Under the pieces are notes generated by a model. It did no database searches. It saw only the letters and a list, made by a program, of their open reading frames with translations, and was not told the DNA's origin. Below, in pieces: positions 12,781-24,020 of a stretch of DNA of 64,000 nt. The translations under genes were made by a program, and so were the position numbers. Location: positions 2,604,001 to 2,668,000 of the forward strand of contig CP089276.1 in assembly GCA_023920165.1 (NCBI GenBank), given 5' to 3'. The stretch comes from Curvularia clavata. Lineage: Eukaryota. Numbering within the stretch: the stretch's first letter is position 1; the number at the start of each line of letters is the position of its first letter.

Positions 12781-14512
12781 ATGGGCAAATCAAAAGAGAA
12801 GCGCGCGGCAAAGCCCGATTCGTCTAAGAAAGGCGAACAATCAGGCAGTTCCTTCATCAAAGTTGACAAGGCGGTGCTTGATCCTACGCTAGCCTCGCTG
12901 TTTGCAAGCAGCGTACGTTTACCACTGTGAAATGTACTTTCACGCACACGATTGCTGATTGAATCCTTAGGCAGGACCCGTTCAGCCACCTCCAAAGTCA
13001 CGGTACCAGGCGCGCATACAAAAGCCAACAACCGAAGAGTCGAGCGACACAGATGAAGGCGATGCCAACGACGCAGAACTAAGTTCAGCATCTGAAAGCT
13101 TGCCCTCTGACGAAGATGAAGATGAAGACGAAGACAGCGACAAGGAAGATGAGGACATGTCAGATGCTAGCGACGAGGAAGAGTCGGAGAATGAGGCTGT
13201 TCTGGCCAAAGTGCAAGAGTCAGCGCTGAATGCGACACAGGATAAGCAGAAGAAGCGCAAACGGGGAAACAAGGAGGAGATTGAGGATGCTTACATGCGC
13301 AAGATAGTACAGGAAGAAGAGAAGGAAGAGCAGCAAAGGCAGAAAAAGCGCAAGACTAAGGAAGTTGAAGATAAGTATGAGGACGAGGATAATTCGTCCG
13401 ACGATGCTGAAGATGACGAGACGGAGAACAATCAGGGCGCTGATGAGGCCGAGAAGGCCTTGACGGTTCCCAAGCACGAGTCGCTTATGGAGGCAACCGA
13501 CAGTAGCGCAGCAGAGGTAGAGAAGGCGGCTCGCACCGTCTTCCTGTCCAACGTGTCCACCGAGTGCATCAACTCCAAGTCTGCAGAAAAGACGTTGAAG
13601 AAGCACCTCGAGTCATTCATTCCTGATCTCGCGGATAACAATCCTCCGCACAAGATTGAGTCGATACGTTTCCGCTCTACAGCCTTTGGCAGTTCTCTAC
13701 CCAAACGGGCTGCTTTCGCGAAGAAGGACATCATGGACGCAACAACAAAGAGCACAAATGCTTACGCAGTCTATACAACAAAGATGGCCGCAAGGGAAGC
13801 CGTCAAGCGACTTAATGGTTCCGTTCTACTCAACCGCCATCTGCATGTCGACTCGGTCGCTCATCCTGCCAAGGTCGACCATCGCCGCTGCGTCTTCGTT
13901 GGCAATCTTCCTTTTGTGGACGATGAATCACAGATGCCCGTTGCCGAGGGCGAGAAGCCTAAGAAGAAGAAGCCATCGTCCGACGTCGAAGAGGGTCTGT
14001 GGGTTCATTTTTCCAAATGCGGTACTATTGAAAGCGTGCGCGTAGTGCGTGACGCAAAGACGAGAGTTGGCAAGGGCTTCGCCTACGTGCAGTTTGCAGA
14101 CGAGAACGGTGTCGAGGCTGCACTGCAACTCAACGAGAAAAGCTTTCCACCAATGCTTCCCCGCAAACTCCGCATCACGCGTTGCAAGGCAGAGAAGAAG
14201 AAGAACAACAAGGACAAGCCGCGCGGTCCTCCGCCCTCGTCGCAAAAGTCTTCCAAAGCCAACGGCACAGCGGGCTACGCGCCAAAGTTGAGCGAAGAGC
14301 AGAAATCGCTGCAAGGTCGTGCGCGTTCCATGCTGGGTAAAGTGGCAAAGGCACAGACAAAAGAGAGCTTTGTGTTTGAAGGCCACAGGGCGAGCGAGAA
14401 GCAAGGCAAGAGCGGACTCAAGTTCAAGGGCAGTGGTGGGGCTAAGAAAAAGGGACCAAACGGACGCAAGAGTAGAAGCGCAGGGTGGAAAAAGTCTGGG
14501 GGAAAGAAGTAA
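12781..14512 (+). CDS. NOP12: Nucleolar protein 12 (two RRM domains, ribosome biogenesis)
   Basis: ATG 12781 ([19 protein letters not shown]), intron about 12913-12970. Motifs [58 protein letters not shown]; Lys-rich tail. Divergent from DEP1 across about 510 bp. Confidence 0.9.
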
Positions 14513-17500
14513 GACGTGTTCTGTCAAAGTATCTGCTTGCGTAGTTCTTTCTTTTTTTCTTGGGACTTTATTCTTTGCACAACGCAATTGCGGCATAGCC
14601 TGCAGGTTGAAGCTTTATTCGCGTGGAACAGTGTGCTTCTGGACATGCATGGACGTTTTGCATGGGCGCATGGCTGTTCAAGTAGCAATACGAAGCCAGG
14701 AAACAATAGCCCGTACTTTCCCTAAACTGTACTCTCCCGACCCAACCCGACCACAAGTGTGAACGGAGGAAATTGACTCCTTTTTTTTTCCTCTCGCCTT
14801 GTGCATTGCCACTAATCCGTAGAGAGTGATATACTTTGATGTACAGTGCAGAGAACGGGAAGGAGAAATTGAGCCGGTGAGTTGACACCCAAAGTGAAAC
14901 GGGATCCCCTGTCGTGATATCACTAGCTGTTGCGTGGGAGGCATAGAGCGTAACAGAGTGTAGGACTTCCCACACCCATGCTGGTCATATGGTATGTAAT
15001 TGCCAATATTTTTACCAACCGCCAAGTATGTCCTCCGTGGTAGGGATTGCCAGGTGCCTAATACACGACAATGCGATAAGAAACAACTAGGATTCAGGTG
15101 TGCATGCTGATCGGTAGGCATGGCATCACGTGTGATGCTTGCATGTGTAGGATGACGTTGCATGATCTGTGTGTGTTGTTGTCCAAGACTGTCTGTTTCT
15201 GAGGGTGTGGGACACGGTTGAATTGTGAGATTGAACGTCTGGGGGATCGACGACGAAGCAAAACTCTAATTGCACCTCGATTACTATGACAGCCGCAAAC
15301 AGCAACGGGGCCGAGGACGAAACAGGTGTCCGATTGTGTGCAACAAGCTCCTATCGTGTCACATGGCTAATCATAGTAAACGGTTTCATCCGGCAAGTCT
15401 GACTGGCGACAAGGCCCGGTCCGAGGAGGGATGTGTCTCGGGCACAACGGGCACTCGGGTAAGCTGGACTAGCCGAACCTAGTCTGACATGGTCAACAAA
15501 AAGTGAGTTTATTTGGATGTCTTTCAAGTCATATATCCGACACATGGACGAAGACGATGTGGGTAACGTAAACACGGCGAAGACCGAGTGCTGTATGTAG
15601 CACAGAGACAGGCTCTGCCGAGTTTCCCACCACTGTGTATTAACACGAGCGGTTCTCGCGTGCTCACACCACAGGTCATGGTAACCTCGGACGGATGTGT
15701 GGTTAGGTGTGGGTGGAGGAGGTCATGCAAGTCAGCGGAAAATGTAACCCAAACAGATGAAGGCGACGATCAACGACTATTGATAGGCTGCATTGTGCAA
15801 GGCTGACAGATAGCTATCCGGAGAGCACCGGCGCTGTTCTGGTATGCGGATTTGCAGGTAACACAGATATGGCGACGCCCGGAAGCTGAGGCATGCAGTT
15901 TGTGATTCTGGAACCTGCGGAGATGATGTGCAGGATTCAGATGAGAGTGGGACGGTTTCCACCATGAACCCATGTCGAGTGCTAAGCGTGATTTGGGTAA
16001 TGGTGAGGCTGGTGTCTCGCCAAGGTGGATCGCACATTTCTCTTCCCTTGTAGTGTCTGTAGGTAGTGGTTGCATGGTAGATGAGCATGAGCTTTAGCCG
16101 GCGGAGCAAGCACGTGTTTTGGCGAAAGCGCCGAATCACCAGAAAGAAAAGCGTGACCTCGGTGAACGGCAGGGCCGTGGCAGCGGTGCCCGAGACGAAG
16201 AGTTTGGATGACGCAGCGAAGGGTGATACGGAAGATGTCAGTGGCTGAGGTGAGAGCTGTCGGCCTTGAAACGCCCTCAGGCGAACAGATAGCGGCCAGG
16301 GACCAAGCAACGGACTTGGACGCTGATACGCGAGAAGAGCACGCTCGTCCCAGAGGCGTTTGGTGGCGTGATTCGACTGCGCGGCACGACGCGAGGCCTC
16401 TGCGGGCAAGCGTATTGGATGACGAGGACCAGAGCAGGCTTGCATTCGCGCCCCAGCGCACGTGCCCCTGCTCTGGGACTCCAGGCCATGGACGCACTTG
16501 TTGCAGCATGTAGACAGCAGCACAATCAAGCAGCAGCGTAGCATGCGTGGCCATGCGACATTGCTGGAGGCGGCTGGACAGGGCTAGCCAGGTCGCAGCA
16601 AAGACAGCGATGAGACACGGACGAGACACGAGCTGGGCCAATGGCAGCAGAGAGACGCGACCACGGCTCTGGGCTCAGCGCGCAGAAGACATCAGAGGCG
16701 CGAGGCGGCGCGTCGGTAGACTGGCCCCAGAGGACACGGCGGCAGAGCAACGGTTGGGCTCCAGCTCGACGGCAAGAGGGGGTACCTGCGCAAATCACCC
16801 GTCCAAGGGAGCGCGGCTGCCGCCAGAGTCATGGGCGTTGGCGGCCGACGGAGAGCGGTTGCGAAGCGTTTGGAATGCCAGTGCAGGGCGGCGGATTTGT
16901 CATGAGGGAGAGGCCTCGAGATGCTATGTACATAGTAAGAAGCGCGTCGGGTTGCTGGAGGCCAGGGAGAGGCGCGAGGGTGTGTGGCTCGCTTGCCCGT
17001 CCAGCCGTCCGGGGGCGGAGCAATTTCAGCGCCGCGGACCAATCGACAGCAGGTGGCAGCAGAGGGGACCGCGTCGGTTGGCTACCCGCCAGGGTTTTTT
17101 CTTGCTTGTGGGACTGTGATTTGGCTGGGCGCTGAAATGCCCGTCAGGCATCCAATGCCGGTGCAGATGAATATCACAAGGGGCGAGCAGCAGCGCAGAG
17201 GCAGCAAAGAGCGCCGTGGAAGGGGCGTCGGTGTGTGTGCGCACGGCGGGCCATGGTAATGCTGATGCTGGAGCTGGAGCTGGAGCCGGTGCTGATGGGG
17301 GCGGAAGGCAGGCGCAGGCGACGCACCTGCTGCTTGGACTCACCGCTGCTGGCCGCCTGCTGCTTCTGTGGACGTCATCACGGCGAGCGACCCTTTCCCC
17401 TCTTTTGGTCGCCCGTCGGCCCGGCACCCATCCGCTGTCTGCTCCCACACTCCCTTCTTCCTTCGCTATCTGTATACAGTATATATGGCACTGAGCCCGC

Positions 17501-18111
17501 CGGCGAAAGCACCACCATGCCATGGCAAAGTGGGCGCTCGCACATAGCAAGCGCGGGACCGCGACAGGGCAGGGCTGGGTGGCCCGGCTGGTGGGAGGTG
17601 ACGCGCGAAATGCAGCTTGTGGCTGGCCGTCATTGGGTGATCCCGGCTGGCGCTCTAGCGCGCCAAGCTGGCCTCTCGCGAATAGAAAGCCCCGCCGGTC
17701 GCTCCTTCCTCAAATCAAACCTTTGCTTCCCTCATTCTCCAATCACCCAGCCTGCTTGCACCACCACGGCTATCTGGGCCATCTGAGCTAGCTGTCGCAT
17801 CGGCCACCCAACCCCATACTGCCCATTCCATTTGCCCATCCTCACAGTCCCGTCCACTCAGTCGCGTCCTTGCACCACAGCGCGCCCTCGTGGTCCCATC
17901 TACTACTTGACTGACTGCCCAGCCTGCCCGCCTGCCGCCTGCCTCGGTCAGACAGCCAGCGTACAAGACCACACAAGACTGCTCTGCTGCAGCCCACAGA
18001 CACTGCCCCCGCCAGCAAATCAACGCGACTCGCCAACCCTCCAACCACAGACCACTCGCAACCCCGACGACTCATCACGGGATCGCATTTTGCTGCGAGT
18101 CCAAAGCATCG

Positions 18112-18946
18112 GTAAGTCAGTCCTATCACCGCGCCCTGATCTGCTGCAACGCGCTCCATTGTTTTTGCCTGGTGCGTTGACCGCGTGCCGCCGCCGCCGC
18201 CAACCTCCGTCCGTCTGCCGCTCCCCCCAAGGGTTCGCCAGGCACGAGAGAGCGTCCACCTCTCGACTGCCATCCGCTCCCATTGCTGCGCAGCCCACGC
18301 AATGGCACCACGATTCGCTTTTGTCGCCCGGGCGCTGCACCGTCCCAGGCCCATCTGCCCTTCGTTCTGCTTGACATCATGACGCGTTGCCCGGCTTCAG
18401 CTGGCCTGCCCGACCCGCTCTTGCCCGGCCGGCCGCCGCTGCACACGGCCGCGCCTTCCCTCTCCACCTCCACCTCCTCCCACACTCCTCACATGTCCAT
18501 GGGCTTACATTGCATTAGGCAAAGGCACCACCACCCAGCCTATCTATAGTCTTGTATCCCGCTCTCTGCCTCCTACTACTACTACTTGGGCCACGCATCT
18601 TCTGCTGCCATTGCCCTCGCTGCTACGCTACCAAGCCCGTCAGCTGCGCATAGCAATATATAGCTGCGCACCTCGCTGGTCGCCCTAGCCCTCAGAGCCG
18701 CAAATCGTCCCAGCTCATCGCGTCCCCGCTACGGCCCTGCAACGGACCATACGCGCAATCCAGACGTGCATGTGCTGTGCTGCCGCTGACTAAAGTCGGT
18801 AAGTGCCTCACCGTCATGCATGCATGCACCTGCATTGCCAGCGCATCACCTCCAATCGCCCGCCCCCGCCGGCACATGCCACCCTCGACATCCTCCAATT
18901 GCTCAACCATTTGCGTCCTGAACTAGCTGACGGTTACTCCTAACAG
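18112..18946 (+). other. Predicted 5'-UTR intron of hapB, with an alternative donor at 18799
   Basis: GTAAGT donors at 18112 and 18799; GCTGAC branch point at about 18926 and CAG acceptor ending at 18946. The flanking predicted exons contain no ATG, while the interval itself contains several. Confidence 0.55.
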
Positions 18947-19648
18947 TGTAGACAATTTCTCTACTTCATTCCTGACTGGTGAACATCGCCAACGGCTCTA
19001 TCCCCACTACGGCGCGGCCCTTTAGAGCGCCTCGTCCACCTCACCAACAGAAAGCCCCCTCTGTTCACTGCCTGCGAGCGCACAGCCCCACGAAGGTCAA
19101 TTGCTCCTCCTGCGCCTCAAGCCTCAAGAAGCTACAACCGTGCGCTCTAGCGAAGTCACCTCAGCTAAGCGTGGCCATTGACAACGCATCAAGCATCCGC
19201 CCTGCTGCGACGTGACCCAGCCTGCCCGTTTGCGCGCCTAGACACTGTGATCCTCCCGATATCTCGTCTCTGTTCAGCAAACAAGCTCACATCCTGCGCT
19301 TCTCTTAACAGTCTACCCAGCGACTCGAAGCTGAGCTGCATTGATCCGCACAAGGCCCTAGCCAGCATCTTATCCACTCTCTCCATCGCCTTGGAACTGT
19401 CCAGCTAAGCCACGTGCTGATCCCAATCAAGCTCCAGGCTACCACATACACATACACAACAGTCGCGTTGCCACTCAAACTGCACGCGAATCCTCCGCGC
19501 CCAACTCCCCAATTGTCACCTCCATACTGTAAAGTCTTGCGCGCCGCTATCGGTTTGACGTCGAGTAACACGGGCCTGTGCTTAAGCGTGGCGTCCCAGT
19601 GGTAATACGCAAAACCACCAGCCGCCTTGTACGCTTAGCGTTCATATC

Positions 19649-20749
19649 ATGACAGAATACGCGCAATTCCAACAATCCCACCACGGACACGCCCCTGCGC
19701 ACATCCAAAGCTACGGCAGCGGTCAGAGCCCTGCTGGCGGAAACCCATCCATAACTTCACCCACGCAACAGCAAATGCAGCAATTCTCACAGACATCGCC
19801 TATCCTGCCGTCGCAGGGCTACGGCCATGGCGGAGCACCGCACCCCCAGCATCCTCAGCACCATCAGCAAATGAACTTCTCCCAGCAGCAGTACATGGCT
19901 GGCATGCAAAACCCATACCTTGCTTCGCAGCAGCAGCAGCAGCAGCAACAGGCTGCAGCAATGGCGACGGCAGCTGCAGCTGGTCCAGCCGGGTATTATG
20001 ATCAGAGTGCCATTCCAGGTCAACTGGCACAAGACCCACGCGCATCTCCGCGCATGTCGGTCTCTCAGATGAAGCCCGATGGGCGTGTTGCTCCACGATC
20101 CCCGACAAACGTCAACAACGCCATGAACAACGCGCTTCCTTCTCAGGTTCAGATGACACCAACTCAGATGCAACAAAGACGTATGAGCACCCAGATCAGC
20201 AGTCCTGCGATGCAGCACCCCCAGCCTGTCATGAGCCACGGCGGCCCCAGGCCTTCAGTAACTCCTCAGATGGCTCAACCACCTCAGCACCAGCAATCCC
20301 CAGAGCTTGTATCTGGTGGTCCCCAAGCCGAGGAAGCTCCTCTTTACGTGAATGCCAAGCAGTTCCACCGCATCTTGAAGAGGCGCTTGGCAAGGCAAAA
20401 GCTCGAGGACGCGCTCAGATTGACGTCTAAAGGACGCAAGCCGTACCTACACGAGTCCCGACACAACCATGCCATGCGTCGTCCGCGTGGCCCTGGCGGC
20501 CGCTTCCTGACTGCCGAGGAAGTAGCAGCTATGGATAACGCCCAGAAGGGCGAAGGAGAAGACGGAAACAAGGAAAACGCATCTCTGCCTCCCAAATCTG
20601 GCAGCGCTGGACCGAAGCGCAAGGCTTCGTCTACTCAACTCAAGGGCACACCAGACGTCAAGAAGAACAAGGCTGACGCTGTACAACGCCAAAGCGCTAG
20701 TGAGGAGGATGAAGAGGAGGATGAAGATGATGCTGAGGACGATGGTTGA
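19649..20749 (+). CDS. hapB: CCAAT-binding complex subunit HapB / Hap2 (NF-YA)
   Basis: Diagnostic core [49 protein letters not shown]. Gln-rich N-terminus, basic NLS-like and acidic C-terminus. Confidence 0.96.
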   Translation: MTEYAQFQQSHHGHAPAHIQSYGSGQSPAGGNPSITSPTQQQMQQFSQTSPILPSQGYGHGGAPHPQHPQHHQQMNFSQQQYMAGMQNPYLASQQQQQQQQAAAMATAAAAGPAGYYDQSAIPGQLAQDPRASPRMSVSQMKPDGRVAPRSPTNVNNAMNNALPSQVQMTPTQMQQRRMSTQISSPAMQHPQPVMSHGGPRPSVTPQMAQPPQHQQSPELVSGGPQAEEAPLYVNAKQFHRILKRRLARQKLEDALRLTSKGRKPYLHESRHNHAMRRPRGPGGRFLTAEEVAAMDNAQKGEGEDGNKENASLPPKSGSAGPKRKASSTQLKGTPDVKKNKADAVQRQSASEEDEEEDEDDAEDDG

Positions 20750-20804
20750 GCAGCTTTTCTGCACCCATCTTCTTTTCTTCGTCAACATTTCCACTCTTAC
20801 CTTT

Positions 20805-20841
20805 TTCTTCTTCTTCTTCTTCTTCTTCTTCTTCTTCTTCT
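20805..20841 (+). repeat. (TTC)n microsatellite in the hapB 3' UTR
   Basis: About 12 uninterrupted TTC units just downstream of the stop codon. Confidence 0.9.
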
Positions 20842-21856
20842 TTAATTCCCACTTTTGATATTTTTCTCGAGATGCCCCCCTTTCGATTCACGAATTACGA
20901 AGCGAGTGCTTTTGGGATATTTGTTTGTCTTGTACTCCTGTTACCCTTGTTGTCAGATCATTGGCACCTTCACCCGCACACATACACACACAAATTGTCG
21001 TTGCAACAGAATGAGTGGGATGATGACTACAGGTATGGCGTGGTGGTGGCACTCGGCTTCTGATAAGTACATTAGGATCTTGGGGGCTTTGTTATTGCTT
21101 TCTACTTCTGTCTACGGACCTTGTGTACATTTCTTTTTTATCTTTCTCTCATGACTCGATACCCACATTCGCTACATGCTTGGCGAGGATACCCAAACTA
21201 TCGGCCCGGAGAGCCAGTGGTTATACTAGAAAGGGTCTCCTTCATCGGAAGAAAATCAATACCTTTTTTGCTTTGATTGCTGTTCGTTTTGACCATGGTT
21301 AGTGCGAGTGGTGTGATTGACGTGTTGCATGTTGCATTGGGTCGCGTGTGCGACGCAGCTGTCACGGAGCTGTCAATATCTCGTGTACCCAGGTCAATGT
21401 TTGGAGTCAGATGTCTGTGGTCCGACATGTGGCTCCATTTCACCCAAGTTATGCTAGCGAGGTCGGTGTCCGAGGTGCGGAACGAATGTGTTCTGTACGC
21501 AAACCCCAAGTTCTTTTTGTTTTTCATTTCTGTGCCGCTTCAGCGTACGAAGAGTTTTTGTGAAAAACATTCTTACAAACATTGCTTGGTGATGAAGGAG
21601 CGTGAGATGCTGAGTCGCGGGCAGATTGGTCATCGCTAAGTAATAAAGTGCGGAATTGCGGTGCGGAACCGAGGTTCGGTGCCACCAAGCGGAGAGGTGC
21701 ACTTGCTCGGTGTGGAGCTTTTGCATGCCGGGTATGCACATCATGGTCAAGGATTGTACGATAAGCACCCTTCTCGTGCCTTCTGTCTAGGCAGTACAAT
21801 ATGTGTCTTCTGTCACACCCCCATTGCTGTCCCTCCTCCCTCAAGCCAGCGACAAG

Positions 21857-23314
21857 ATGACCAAAGACCCACCCAGCCGTGCCTCATCGGATGAGTCCAT
21901 TCGAGAAATCCAAAATGAAGAGCACGACGCCATCATTGGCGCCGACGTGGGTGCCATTGAAGAAGAATGGTGCAACAGTATCCGCTTGAAAGTCGACCTT
22001 CGCCTGTGCAGCATCGCCGGCCTTTTGTGCTCGCTCAACTTGCTCGATAGCGGCGTCATCTCCAGCGCGTCCGTCACATCTATGCTGAGCGATCTAGAGC
22101 TCAACGTTGGCAACAGGTACTCCGTCTCCATCTTCATCTTCACCATTGCGAGTATCGCTTTCCAGCTACCCTCGACAATTGCTGTGAGGACTTTCGGCCC
22201 AAGAATCTGGTTTGCCTTCATTACCTTCAGCTTTGGCATCATCACGCTCTCCACAGCATTTGTGCAGACGTGGCGGCAAATGATTGCGCTTCGCATCTTG
22301 CTTGGTATCGCCATGTCCGGCATCTACCCAGGCCTGACCTATCTCATCTCCACATGGTACACGCGGAAGGAGCAACAGCTTCGTTTTGCACTGATGCAGA
22401 GCGGAGAAGTTATTGTGCTAGCAACCGGCGGCATTGTCAACTTTGGCCTCAATCAGCTTGACGGCAAACACCTCAAGGGATGGCAGTACATGTTCGTCGT
22501 GCAGGGGAGTATCACTGCTTTGATCGGCATCCTGACCTACTGGTGGATGGTCGATTTCCCAGAGCACGCGCATAAATCCTTCTGGTTCCTCACACCCCAC
22601 GAAAGCGCCGTGGCGGCGTCTCGGATTGAGAGAGATCGCGGCGATGTTGAGCCAGACCCATTTACATGGAGCAAGGTTCTTGTACATGCCAAGGATGTGA
22701 AGGTGTACGGATTTTGCACGCTCTATTTTTTACAAAACCTCGTGTCAACCTCTCTTTCCTACTTTCTCCCAATCATCCTTCAGGGCGGCATGGGTTTCAG
22801 CTCCAACAAGTCTATCCTGCTCTCGGCACCGCCTTACTACTATGCTGTCATTCCAGCCATATTGTCTTCTCTAGTCGGCGACAAGTTTGGACTTAGAGGA
22901 CCAATCATAGTGTTCAACTGCCTGTCCCTCATTGTAGGGTTCTGCATGTTGGGCTTTTCAAGTCAGGTCACTGTAAGATATATTGGAACATATCTTGCAA
23001 CAGGAGCATATGTGGCCAATTGGGCAGCAATGGCAACGTATCAAGCCAATAATATTGTAGGACAGTGGAAGCGTGTCTTCACAGCTGCGATGGTAACCGC
23101 GTTCAACGGGGCAGGTGGTATTGCTGGAAGCTTCATTGTTAGACAGCCTGAGAGCCCCAGGTATATGACTGCTATTTGGGTCAGCATTGGAAGTCATATC
23201 CTCATCATTGGCTTGATTGGCGTGTTCTCGATCTATTTCTATCGGGCGAATCAAAGCCAGAGCAAGGGAAAACGCATCTTGGAAGCAACAGAAGGGTTCC
23301 GATTTACATATTAA
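21857..23314 (+). CDS. MFS transporter, anion:cation symporter (Dal5/Tna1 allantoate-nicotinate permease) family
   Basis: Intronless ORF with about 12 hydrophobic segments. Motifs KVDLRL, LDSG, LRILLGIA, LISTWYTRKEQQLR, GWQYMFVVQG, DFPE..FLT, GFRFTY. First ATG at 21857. Substrate unknown. Confidence 0.88.
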   Translation: MTKDPPSRASSDESIREIQNEEHDAIIGADVGAIEEEWCNSIRLKVDLRLCSIAGLLCSLNLLDSGVISSASVTSMLSDLELNVGNRYSVSIFIFTIASIAFQLPSTIAVRTFGPRIWFAFITFSFGIITLSTAFVQTWRQMIALRILLGIAMSGIYPGLTYLISTWYTRKEQQLRFALMQSGEVIVLATGGIVNFGLNQLDGKHLKGWQYMFVVQGSITALIGILTYWWMVDFPEHAHKSFWFLTPHESAVAASRIERDRGDVEPDPFTWSKVLVHAKDVKVYGFCTLYFLQNLVSTSLSYFLPIILQGGMGFSSNKSILLSAPPYYYAVIPAILSSLVGDKFGLRGPIIVFNCLSLIVGFCMLGFSSQVTVRYIGTYLATGAYVANWAAMATYQANNIVGQWKRVFTAAMVTAFNGAGGIAGSFIVRQPESPRYMTAIWVSIGSHILIIGLIGVFSIYFYRANQSQSKGKRILEATEGFRFTY

Positions 23315-24020
23315 TAGGAAGAAAAAACTTTGAATGTACGCATGACGAGGTACTGCTGAACGTCATCGAGCCGAATGAGTATACACTAGCCTAGCAATTG
23401 CGTCTCAGGTGTCCAAATGATAGAGTACCTTTGCACGCCTCTCAAACTCAATGCATTGACCAGCCGTTATACGCCACTCCCGGGTGGGCGTATGGACAGA
23501 TGGTAGCTGTGTTTCAGAGTATAGGCCAAAATTATAACGCCATATGCGATGAGTGCCATGGCCGACAAGACTGCTAGACGCGTTGCACGAGCAAGGGAAG
23601 AAAGCGGGTTGACGTCGATGTGGGGATCTGGGCTGGGCAAGGCGGATTCCATGCTGGCTCGTGCTGCGCGGCTCACAAGCATCAACGACCCAACTTCCAA
23701 CCATCTGTCTCATTTCTTCTAGGCTGCTACAGTACGCGCATCCCCGCATTGCCGGTTGGCTGTCCCCAACACTGTCTTCACCTTCTCTCTGACTTCCCAC
23801 CTCAAGTCCCTGTGGCTCCTGCGCTGCTACCCGCCGACTAGGCAGCGTCGACCAGCTTGCCCCTGTTCAGCTGCCCCCCCTTCGGACCGCAACAGCAACC
23901 CCCGTAAGCCTCCGCTGGCTGAGCTATATGCGCACCATCACCCGCGACCAGTGCCTCTGATCAACTTTCCGACGAGCTATCCAAATCTTCCGAGGCCGCG
24001 CCGCGCCTCTTACCGTTACA

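Noticed and set aside
16200..18550. Many overlapping 60-250 aa ORFs in GC-rich DNA upstream of hapB
   Set aside because: Arg/Ala/Pro-rich translations in all frames with no domain signal; typical of GC-rich promoter or UTR sequence.
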